DNA from: Candidatus Omnitrophota bacterium
Lineage (GTDB): Bacteria; Omnitrophota; Gorgyraeia; Zapsychrales; Fredricksoniimonadaceae
Reading direction: 5' to 3'
DNA: 64,000 nt
NCBI GenBank assembly: GCA_016201795.1
Contig: JACQCF010000024.1
Location: 2,115 to 66,114 of the forward strand
The notes below the pieces were generated by a model. It was not told the origin of the DNA, did no database searches, and saw only the letters and a list, made by a program, of their open reading frames with translations. This document shows, one piece after another, positions 56,369 through 64,000 of the stretch (position 1 is its first letter; every line of letters begins with the position of its first letter). Made by a program: the position numbers and the translations under genes.

Positions 56369-58093
56369 ATGAGCAACCTCCCCATATTGAAAAATAAAAA
56401 TTTGATCGTATTGTTTTTATTCTTCTTTTGTTTTTGTTCTCGCACCTGGGCTGTGGATCTGCCGGCAGGGCAGGATGCCGCCGCTCAAGCAGAGCGCTAC
56501 AGGTATAATGTTGAGAACCAGAAAAAAATTTTGGAATATAAAAAACCAAAAGGGCTGAAGATAGGGCCCGAGAAAGAAAAAGTCAAACCTGTAAGCAAGG
56601 GGCCGTCTTTTCTACTTAATGGAGTCAATGTGACCGGCTCGAGTGTCTTTAAACCGGAGGATTTCCGGAAAATTTACGGGCTCTACCTCAAAAGACAAGT
56701 CACATTTCAGGATATGCAGGAGGTCGCCGGCAAGATTGAGTCAAAATATAAACAGGAAGGGTACTATACGACGACAGTTTATATCCCTCAACAGAACATC
56801 CAGAATGGGGTCATAGAAATCCGCGTCGCCGAAGGGGAAATGGGGAACTTGAGCATAGAAGGCAACAGATGGTTTTCCGCTGATTTCATAAAAAGATTCA
56901 TTCACGTCAACAGAGGCGAAATACTGAACATTAAAAAGCTGGCGAGGGACATCTTGCGTTTAAACAAGAACCCGGATTTACAAGTCAAGGTGGTGCTTTC
57001 CCAAGGCAGGGTTGCGCAGACCACGGATATTTCATTGAAAGTGGAGGGCCGGCGGCCCTGGCACGTGGGTGTGCAGGTGGATAACAGTGGGACACGCCTG
57101 ACAGGAAAAGTCCGTCCCATGCTTTTTACCCGTTCTTCCAACGTTTCCGGACGGGGGGATATGATTTTTATCAATTCCCTTTACACGGGTGACTCTTTGG
57201 GTGAATCCGTAAGCTATAGCGTACCGGTGGGGACCAATGGCACAAAATTCGGACTTGATGTGACTTATTTCCGGTTGAAAGTGGGCAAGGAATTCAAATC
57301 TTTTAATATTACCGGTGTCTCGCAGATTTATACGCCCCACCTTTCCTGGGAGCTTGCGTTAACGGAAGATTTTGAAGCTTATTATGATCTTGGGATCAAT
57401 ATCAAATCCATAAACAAAAAGCAGGCTGGTACTGTTACGGACAATGGCCAAATGCGCATCCCGTATTTTGCCTTTGATTTTATAAAGACAGACTCCGAGG
57501 GGGTCACGACATTTAGTCCAAAATTTGATTTTGGCACTTCCGGATTTTGGGGCTCTTCCAGACGGAATTATAGCCCTTCCAGCAGGGCGAATACGGGGGG
57601 ATCATTTTTCAAATATCAGCAGTCATTAAACCGGACGCAAAAGATGTTTTTCGACAGCTATGTGACGATACGCACGCAATTACAGCTTGCGTCACATACC
57701 CTCGCGCCATCAGAACAACTTCAGCTTGGCGGGGCGGATTCTATCCGTGGTTATCCCGAAGGAGATTATTCGGCAGATAACGGAGGATATATGAATTTTG
57801 ACTGGTTTTTCCCGTCCTATGTCATTCCTGAAACTTGGAAATTGCCGGGGCAGGAGGCACCCTTACGCCGCCAGATACAACCTGTGTTTTTTGTTGATTT
57901 AGGCGGCGGCAAATTAAAGGAAACTCAGTCAGGGGAAACAAAGGATAAGTTTCTTGCTGGAATTGGAGGTGGCTTAAGTATGAATTTTAAGTCGTTTTCG
58001 CTACGTTTAGATTGGGCCAAATCTATCGGCGATAAACAATCCTCAGGTTCAGGCCCTTCCACATTTTATTTCACTTTCCGGTCGGAAATATAA
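56369..58093 (+). CDS. ShlB/FhaC/HecB (TpsB) outer-membrane transporter
   Basis: Signal peptide, POTRA (YKQEGY, IPQQNI, RVAEG), DNSGT, LGGADSIRGY; start uncertain (frame opens at 56282). Confidence 0.92.
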   Translation: MSNLPILKNKNLIVLFLFFFCFCSRTWAVDLPAGQDAAAQAERYRYNVENQKKILEYKKPKGLKIGPEKEKVKPVSKGPSFLLNGVNVTGSSVFKPEDFRKIYGLYLKRQVTFQDMQEVAGKIESKYKQEGYYTTTVYIPQQNIQNGVIEIRVAEGEMGNLSIEGNRWFSADFIKRFIHVNRGEILNIKKLARDILRLNKNPDLQVKVVLSQGRVAQTTDISLKVEGRRPWHVGVQVDNSGTRLTGKVRPMLFTRSSNVSGRGDMIFINSLYTGDSLGESVSYSVPVGTNGTKFGLDVTYFRLKVGKEFKSFNITGVSQIYTPHLSWELALTEDFEAYYDLGINIKSINKKQAGTVTDNGQMRIPYFAFDFIKTDSEGVTTFSPKFDFGTSGFWGSSRRNYSPSSRANTGGSFFKYQQSLNRTQKMFFDSYVTIRTQLQLASHTLAPSEQLQLGGADSIRGYPEGDYSADNGGYMNFDWFFPSYVIPETWKLPGQEAPLRRQIQPVFFVDLGGGKLKETQSGETKDKFLAGIGGGLSMNFKSFSLRLDWAKSIGDKQSSGSGPSTFYFTFRSEI

Positions 58094-58174
58094 TTATATA
58101 AATATTTTGTTATAGCCTTGATTTCTTATCAATATCAGCTATACTTTAATTGGTTTTTTGTAAGACAAGAAGTT

Positions 58175-58270
58175 ACGATAAAGGTAAACTATTCGAAAGA
58201 ATGGGGCACAAAGCTATGAGGGCCTTCGAACGCTAACACATTGTAGCGGACAAGGTTGCCAGTTGCCGAG
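58175..58270 (+). promoter_or_regulatory. cyclic di-GMP-I (GEMM-I) riboswitch
   Basis: GGTAAACTATTC-GAAA-GAATGGGGCACAAAGC...GCCAGTTGCCGA follows the Vc2-type pattern with G20, A47 and C92 equivalents. Confidence 0.85.
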
Positions 58271-58341
58271 CTAATTTAAGCTATGTTTATTAAGCGCAAT
58301 TTAACACTTATTTTGTTGGGCCCAATGCGCGGGTTAAGTTT

Positions 58342-58376
58342 AAACCCCATTTCTGGTTTCAGAAGTGGGGTTTTTT
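58342..58376 (+). terminator. intrinsic terminator (riboswitch expression platform)
   Basis: AAACCCCATTTCTG-gttt-CAGAAGTGGGG then T6. Confidence 0.8.
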
Positions 58377-58428
58377 GTTGGAACCAAACTCATTGGATTT
58401 ATAAGAGTTATATTATATAGGACATGGA

Positions 58429-59652
58429 ATGGATTTTCTAAAAAATTTATTACTTGCCAAGCAAGAAATAAACCAGAGAACCCTACGCCTTAAATTAAAG
58501 ATCACGCTATTTGTATCTCTTGCCGCGGTTATATTTTTTTGTATTTTTATAGTTGTTACTTTTTACGTGGGGAAAACGGGACTGCTGGACAAGGCCGTGG
58601 AAAGCCAGAGCGGAATGACCCAGACCCTGGCCTCCGCGGTAAGCGTGGCAATTGAGAAGCAGGTAGAGCTGTTAAAGTTAAACGCGAACTCACAATTTGT
58701 CATCGATGCCGTAAAACAAAATAATTTAAAGTACCGCGTCATGGGCGAGAAGGAGATACGGCGTTACTTGATGGATGAGGACCAAAGGTGGATTGAGGCC
58801 CCTGATGACCATCCCTTGATCAAACAATATTCCGAAAACAAACTTAGCGCGCAATTAAAGGCATTCAAAGTGGAGAATGACGAGGCGGTCAATCTTCTCG
58901 TTACCGATAAATTCGGCGGTTTAGTCGGCTTCACATCAAGGACATCGGGGTTTTATAGTTTTGACAAGGATTGGTGGCTGGGTTCATACGCGGATGGCCG
59001 CGGCAAGCCCTTTATCGGCAACGTGGAATATGATGAACAAAGCAGTTTATGGGCTATGCCCTTTGCCGTTCCCATTGAGGATGAAACAAGGGCCATTATT
59101 GGAATCTATAAAGAACTCATCAGAATCAATACCTTTTTCAAGCCGTTGATGAATTTCAGAATAGGCAGGACCGGAGACGCTGTTGTGGTCGATGATAAAG
59201 CGTATCTGGTGTATCATCCCAAAGCCGCGCCTTTCGCCAATAAATACTGTGAATATGAAGAGCTGCAGAATACCCTGCAGAACGCCAAAAAATGGGGAAT
59301 ACTCAACAGCGCCTATCTTAATCACGGCAAAAAGTTGGCGGCCTACGCGGAGATTAACGTCACTTCTTTGCCGGCATTGGGAGTTAACTGGTTTGTGTTC
59401 GTAGAGCGGGATTTGAGTGAAATATTTATGCCTTTAAATAAGTTGATTTTTATGATGATTCTTATCGGGATCGCGCTGACGATCATATTGGCTTTGTCTG
59501 TATTTATCTTAAGCGCGGTGGAACGTCCCGGTTCCATCCTGCAGGTGATCAAGGACGCGCCGGCACTAAAGACCCATGAAGAAAGCCCTGGCGCTGTTGA
59601 AAAAAGAAGGATGACGCGTTTGCCGAGTGAACAGAAAGAAGAAAATAAATGA
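58429..59652 (+). CDS. membrane protein with periplasmic dCache-like sensor domain and no cytoplasmic output domain
   Basis: TM, LVTDKFGG, DKDWW, YDEQS, AVPI, RIGRTG...YHP, WFVFVE, TM, ~45-aa tail. Confidence 0.75.
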   Translation: MDFLKNLLLAKQEINQRTLRLKLKITLFVSLAAVIFFCIFIVVTFYVGKTGLLDKAVESQSGMTQTLASAVSVAIEKQVELLKLNANSQFVIDAVKQNNLKYRVMGEKEIRRYLMDEDQRWIEAPDDHPLIKQYSENKLSAQLKAFKVENDEAVNLLVTDKFGGLVGFTSRTSGFYSFDKDWWLGSYADGRGKPFIGNVEYDEQSSLWAMPFAVPIEDETRAIIGIYKELIRINTFFKPLMNFRIGRTGDAVVVDDKAYLVYHPKAAPFANKYCEYEELQNTLQNAKKWGILNSAYLNHGKKLAAYAEINVTSLPALGVNWFVFVERDLSEIFMPLNKLIFMMILIGIALTIILALSVFILSAVERPGSILQVIKDAPALKTHEESPGAVEKRRMTRLPSEQKEENK

Positions 59653-62600
59653 GATTGAAAAGAATAAAATACTTTGTATTTATAACCGCGTTTGTTTTCC
59701 TGCAAGTAGGGCTTGTCTTTGCCTTGCCGCAAAATGGGCAAGTGGAATCGGGCAGTGCCGATTTCAGCGAGCCTGACCCTTACACTTTAGTCATCACGGC
59801 CGCGAACAATACCGTCATTAATTTTTCTTCTTTTGGGATTGCCCAGAATGAAACCGTAAAATTTATCCAACCCAGCTCCAGCGCCTCACTCCTGGCCCGT
59901 GTTAACGGACAAACAGCGAGTTATATCAATGGCGGCCTTGCGGCCAACGGCATCTTTTATCTGGTGAACCCCAACGGGATCAATTTCGGACCTTCGGCGC
60001 GGCTCAACGTCAATAGTTTCGTTGCCTCGACTCTGGATATTTCCACGGAGAATTTCCTGGCGCAGAGATATATCTTTGAGCATAAGAACGGCGATCCTTA
60101 CAGCCAAATTATTAATCAAGGGATCATCACTGGCAATAATATCGCTTTTATCGCCAGCGCGGTCGATAACCAGGGCACCGTGATCGGCCGCTTAGGTAAC
60201 GTATTTTTTATATCCGGAGATAGGTCTACTGTCAGCTTTGATACGAAAGGCCTAATTCAGGTGGAAGTTAATAGCCAGACAAGCGGTAAAGTATTTGATA
60301 AAAATGGAGTTGAGGTTAAAGACGCGATAAAAAATTCCGGCACGGTCCAAGGGGCACAGGTGGTCATGGAGGCAAAGACCGCCTCGAATATCTTCAAGAA
60401 TGCCGTTAATCAGGAAGGCATTGTTAAAGCGACCGGATTTAATGTGCAGAATGGCGTCATCAGGGTTGTTGCTGATGGGGATATCCAGGTTTCAGGAAAG
60501 ATGGAGATAGAGAATAACCCATCCGGCCAGCAAATCCAGATTTCCTCTTTGTTTGGCTCTGTAACAGTCAATGCCGAGTTTGATTCCACAGGAAACACGA
60601 CGATCAGCGCCTTTAATGATGTGGTGGTCAATGCGGATATTAAAACGGACTCCGGTAACCTTAACCTTTTAGCAGACGCAGATTTCAATGGCAATGGTTC
60701 TTTCCAGCAGGCAGCAGGGACTGTTATTGCGACGAATAATCCTAACAATGAAGTCGATACCGAGGGTAATCCGATTGGCAATATCACTATTCAGGCCTCA
60801 GGGGCAAGCACGCTGGCAAATATTAATTCCGCAGGTGACTTAATCCTTAGACAGGCAGGTGCACCGGTCACATTCATTCAGCAGCCCGGTTCCACCGTGA
60901 TCACACAAGGTTCACTCATCATCGGTGGCGGTGTTACGCTTGATGCGTCGGATACTATATATCAAACAGGCAAGGACTGGGTTAATTTAGGGACGTTTAA
61001 CCCGGATATCTCCAGCGTGTCTTTGACCTCAAGTCAAAAGGCCAAAGTTATCGGAGATAACACCTTTTATGATTTGACTATTTATGTCCCTGGAAAGGAG
61101 GTGGACTTCGATACTCTTTGGGCGATTACCGTTAATAACAGACTTGAGCTCAAAGGAGGGTATGGGAATTTGTTAGTTTTAAAGTCTTTGAATCCCGGTA
61201 CGCAGTGGCAAATCAATGTAGGAGACTACGACATAGAATACGTGTTGATAGCAGATAGCATTAGTGTTCGCGGGCCCCCTCTGAACCCCATTCATAGCTC
61301 TTCGCTCGGAAACCTCACCAATTGGAACATTGATCCCTATTGGGTTGGGGCCGGGTCAGACAATAATTGGTCTACCGGCGCCAACTGGGATACCGGCACA
61401 GCGCCCACCTCCTTTGACGCAGTTACCTTTGATGGCACAGCCCACGGCGTCAGCGGCGCCAATCCCAATAAAAACTCCTTCATCGACACAGATTTCACCA
61501 TCGCTTCTTTAACTATCAACGGCTATACAGGCACCCTCACCTTAGCAGGCAATTTGAACGTTACAGGTGATATAACTATCAATAGCGGTACAGTAATTGC
61601 CGCAACCCCTAGCGCATTTACCATAACAGCCCAGAATGGCGGCATTTCTATCGGACAAGGCGTTTTAATCTCTGCAGATAGTCTTGCCCTAGTTGCCAAT
61701 AAAAACATTGATATTTCAGGCACTCTTCAGGGGAATTTCATTTCGCTCAATAGTTTAAACGGCCTTACACTTTTAGAAAATGGAAGTTTAATCGATGTTT
61801 CTACCAATGAAGCCGGAGGTATCGGCGGTACAGTGGAGGTTTTAGGTAACCAGGTCGAGCTGCTCGGCACCCAAATCAACGCTTCAGGGCCTAACGGCGG
61901 CGGCACGGTTTTAATTGGCGGAGACTTCCAGGGTAAGGGCACAGTGGCGAATTCCACCATTGTCTATGTGAGCAGAAATGCCCATATTTACGCTGATGCC
62001 ATAGCCCAAGGCAACGGCGGCAAGGTGATTGTTTGGTCTGACTCAACCACGTCTTATTATGGGCATATCAGCGCCAGAGGCGGCCCCCAGGGAGGCGATG
62101 GCGGATTTGTTCAGGTTTCAAGCGCCCTACCATTATTATTTAACGGGTTTGTTGATGCGCTTGACGCCAACGGCAATCCCGGCACATTCATTCTTAATCC
62201 TAACGGCACTACCGGCTATGCGGCAAGCCTTGCAACTGACCTGATCGATTATAATCCAGGAGAAACAGCTACCATTATGGGTTCTGGCTGGAAGCCAGGT
62301 GAGACGGTTTCGCTTGTCATTCAACCAGGTAAGCCTGACTTACAGAACATAACGCTTACCGCTGTTGCTGATGCAAACGGCAATTTTTCTATTTCTGGAT
62401 TCACCCTTCAGCAGGAAGATTTCGGCGTGGCGTTTAGTCTTACAGGAACGGGGCAGTCTTCGGGTCTTGCTGCACAGGCGGCCTTTACGGATACGACCGG
62501 TGTAGCGAGTGTAACCGGAAACTGGGGTAACACCGCGACATGGGGCGGGTCAGCAGTCCCAACAGCCAGTACCGCTGTTACCATTAATCAAGGAATCACC

Positions 62601-64000
62601 GTTACAGTTGCCGATACCGGATCTACTGATGTCGCTGCTTCAGTTGTCATAGGAACGGCTACAGGCAGCGGAACGGCTGTGCTGACATTCAGCACTACTA
62701 GTGACCAGTTAACTGTTTCGGGAACTGTAACTATCGGATTTTCATCAGGGTCTGCGGCCGCTACTCTTAGCATGGTAAGCGGAAGCATTTTAATTTGTAA
62801 CGGTTTTGCACTTGGCGCTACTAGTGGCACAAAAACTTGGACTCCAAGTACGGGTACTGTCCAGCTGGCTGCTACTAATACTTTACCTGCAACCATTTTT
62901 ACTTCATTCGGGAATTTGACTATTACAGGTGGGACAACTTCGTTAGGAGTCGCCGTAATTATTAATAACACCCTGACCATTAACGGCAGCACTGCCTTAA
63001 CTACTACCGCAAGCAATTTCCAATTGACCTTGGATGGAGACTTTACAAACAGCGGTACATTCACCGCCAACGCCTCACCGATCGTTATTGCGGGCACGGC
63101 AACGACTCAGACCATCGCCGGCTTTACTACCACGGGATTAGTTTCCATGACAAAGACTGCCGGCACGGCAACACTTCAAGGTAACGTGGGCGGCGCCGGC
63201 CTGACCATCAACGGTTCGGGTGGAACGCTGAACTTAGGCACAAGCCTGACGCATACATTTACCGGTGTAGTTACCCTTACAGCCGGAACATTAAACGGCG
63301 GATCAAGCACTCTCAAGGAAAACGCCACCAGCACCACGGCCTGGAATGGGACCGGATCATTATTCACCGCAAGCACCTCAACAGTAAGCTTTGGCGGAGT
63401 GGCTCAGACTATTTCTGCAACTTCTACGACATTCAACAATTTGACACTTGCCGGTACGGGTGCTGTAACTTTTTCTACCGGTGATACAATCAACGGAATT
63501 TGGATTATAGGAAACGGGACCAATGCTAATACATACACAGTAACGCCCACCTTGGGCGCTAGCGCCACGCTTGAATATAGCGCCGGTTCATCGGCGCGTA
63601 CTGTAGTCACAGCAGAATGGCCGGCTACGTTCACTTCAACCGGTGGCGTCATTATCGCAGGTACCGGTGCCATTACAATGGGTGCTTCAAAGCAAATGGG
63701 AAATGGTACGGCAAACGTTCCCTTACAAATTAATTCCGGTGCCACATTAACACCCGGTACAAACACCATCACCCTGGAAGGAGATTTTATCAACAACGGT
63801 ACCATAACGAGCGCGGCAACTCCTTATACAATTGCCGGGGCATTAGCCACACAATCCATCGGCGGCTTCACCACAACTGGTTTGGTATCCATGACCAAGA
63901 CCGGAGGCACAGCCACATTTACTGCCGCCGGCTCAACCACCGGTAATGTCAGCGCCGCTGGATTGACCATCAACGGTTCGGGTGGAACGCTGAACTTAGG
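59649..64000 (+). CDS. filamentous haemagglutinin-like TpsA adhesin (continues beyond the window)
   Basis: Manual translation: signal peptide, ALPQNGQV, INFSSFGIA, FIQP, LVNPNGI TPS domain; Gly/Thr-rich repeats; in-frame where spot-checked and absent from the ORF track, consistent with no stop in window. Confidence 0.92.
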   Translation, partial: MRLKRIKYFVFITAFVFLQVGLVFALPQNGQVESGSADFSEPDPYTLVITAANNTVINFSSFGIAQNETVKFIQPSSSASLLARVNGQTASYINGGLAANGIFYLVNPNGINFGPSARLNVNSFVASTLDISTENFLAQRYIFEHKNGDPYSQIINQGIITGNNIAFIASAVDNQGTVIGRLGNVFFISGDRSTVSFDTKGLIQVEVNSQTSGKVFDKNGVEVKDAIKNSGTVQGAQVVMEAKTASNIFKNAVNQEGIVKATGFNVQNGVIRVVADGDIQVSGKMEIENNPSGQQIQISSLFGSVTVNAEFDSTGNTTISAFNDVVVNADIKTDSGNLNLLADADFNGNGSFQQAAGTVIATNNPNNEVDTEGNPIGNITIQASGASTLANINSAGDLILRQAGAPVTFIQQPGSTVITQGSLIIGGGVTLDASDTIYQTGKDWVNLGTFNPDISSVSLTSSQKAKVIGDNTFYDLTIYVPGKEVDFDTLWAITVNNRLELKGGYGNLLVLKSLNPGTQWQINVGDYDIEYVLIADSISVRGPPLNPIHSSSLGNLTNWNIDPYWVGAGSDNNWSTGANWDTGTAPTSFDAVTFDGTAHGVSGANPNKNSFIDTDFTIASLTINGYTGTLTLAGNLNVTGDITINSGTVIAATPSAFTITAQNGGISIGQGVLISADSLALVANKNIDISGTLQGNFISLNSLNGLTLLENGSLIDVSTNEAGGIGGTVEVLGNQVELLGTQINASGPNGGGTVLIGGDFQGKGTVANSTIVYVSRNAHIYADAIAQGNGGKVIVWSDSTTSYYGHISARGGPQGGDGGFVQVSSALPLLFNGFVDALDANGNPGTFILNPNGTTGYAASLATDLIDYNPGETATIMGSGWKPGETVSLVIQPGKPDLQNITLTAVADANGNFSISGFTLQQEDFGVAFSLTGTGQSSGLAAQAAFTDTTGVASVTGNWGNTATWGGSAVPTASTAVTINQGITVTVADTGSTDVAASVVIGTATGSGTAVLTFSTTSDQLTVSGTVTIGFSSGSAAATLSMVSGSILICNGFALGATSGTKTWTPSTGTVQLAATNTLPATIFTSFGNLTITGGTTSLGVAVIINNTLTINGSTALTTTASNFQLTLDGDFTNSGTFTANASPIVIAGTATTQTIAGFTTTGLVSMTKTAGTATLQGNVGGAGLTINGSGGTLNLGTSLTHTFTGVVTLTAGTLNGGSSTLKENATSTTAWNGTGSLFTASTSTVSFGGVAQTISATSTTFNNLTLAGTGAVTFSTGDTINGIWIIGNGTNANTYTVTPTLGASATLEYSAGSSARTVVTAEWPATFTSTGGVIIAGTGAITMGASKQMGNGTANVPLQINSGATLTPGTNTITLEGDFINNGTITSAATPYTIAGALATQSIGGFTTTGLVSMTKTGGTATFTAAGSTTGNVSAAGLTINGSGGTLNL
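63202..64000 (+). repeat. intragenic repeat in TpsA with ~762-bp (254-aa) period
   Basis: 37-nt identity between 63202-63238 and 63964-64000, preceded by similar translated sequence. Confidence 0.8.

Larger units (their letters stand above)
53881..64000 (+). mobile_element. putative tRNA-Ser-anchored genomic island (right end not identified)
   Basis: Integrase directly after a tRNA 3' end, TA pair, accessory adhesin cargo; no attR repeat seen in window. Confidence 0.55.

Noticed and set aside
59886-63805. Many minus-strand ORFs over the 3' end of the window
   Set aside because: Antisense shadows of the Gly/Thr-rich TpsA frame
53881-64000. attR direct repeat of the tRNA-Ser(GCT) 3' end
   Set aside because: Not seen by eye in the window, so the island extent and whether the TPS locus belongs to it remain unproven
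1-64000. CRISPR array or rRNA genes
   Set aside because: No regularly spaced repeat-spacer array, cas genes or rRNA-like sequence seen

Overview
Gene-dense bacterial chromosome segment with almost every gene on the + strand; the gene repertoire is suggestive of Candidatus Omnitrophota, but that is an inference only. Left to right: an AT-rich surface-glycosylation region (polytopic GT-C-like membrane proteins, a methyltransferase-GT2 fusion, rfbA/rfbB with an NRS/ER-type reductase) interrupted by a PPi-type phosphofructokinase; tRNA-Thr/Tyr/Gly; gpsA, rplM-rpsI; a ~15 kb argCJBDFGH-lysA-dapFAB-dapL-folK-panC-nadX run punctuated by palindromic REP-like elements; a small basic tandem-repeat protein; uvrA; a TPR-ExbB-ExbD-mini-TonB module leading into a type IVa pilus cluster that has an AbiE toxin-antitoxin pair among the pilins; serS, three tRNA-Ser genes, tRNA-Arg(ACG) and tadA; and a tRNA-Ser-anchored island (tyrosine integrase, RelE/HigB-HTH TA pair, TpsB, c-di-GMP-I riboswitch, output-less dCache protein, and a large TpsA adhesin running off the window). 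The most unusual signals are a shared double-hairpin leader able to sequester the 5' end of two tRNA-Ser genes that are each followed by an integrase-family gene (one with its catalytic core deleted), a partial tRNA-Gly duplicate with a 72-bp palindrome in its anticodon, and an ExbD lacking the essential transmembrane Asp directly upstream of the pilus genes.
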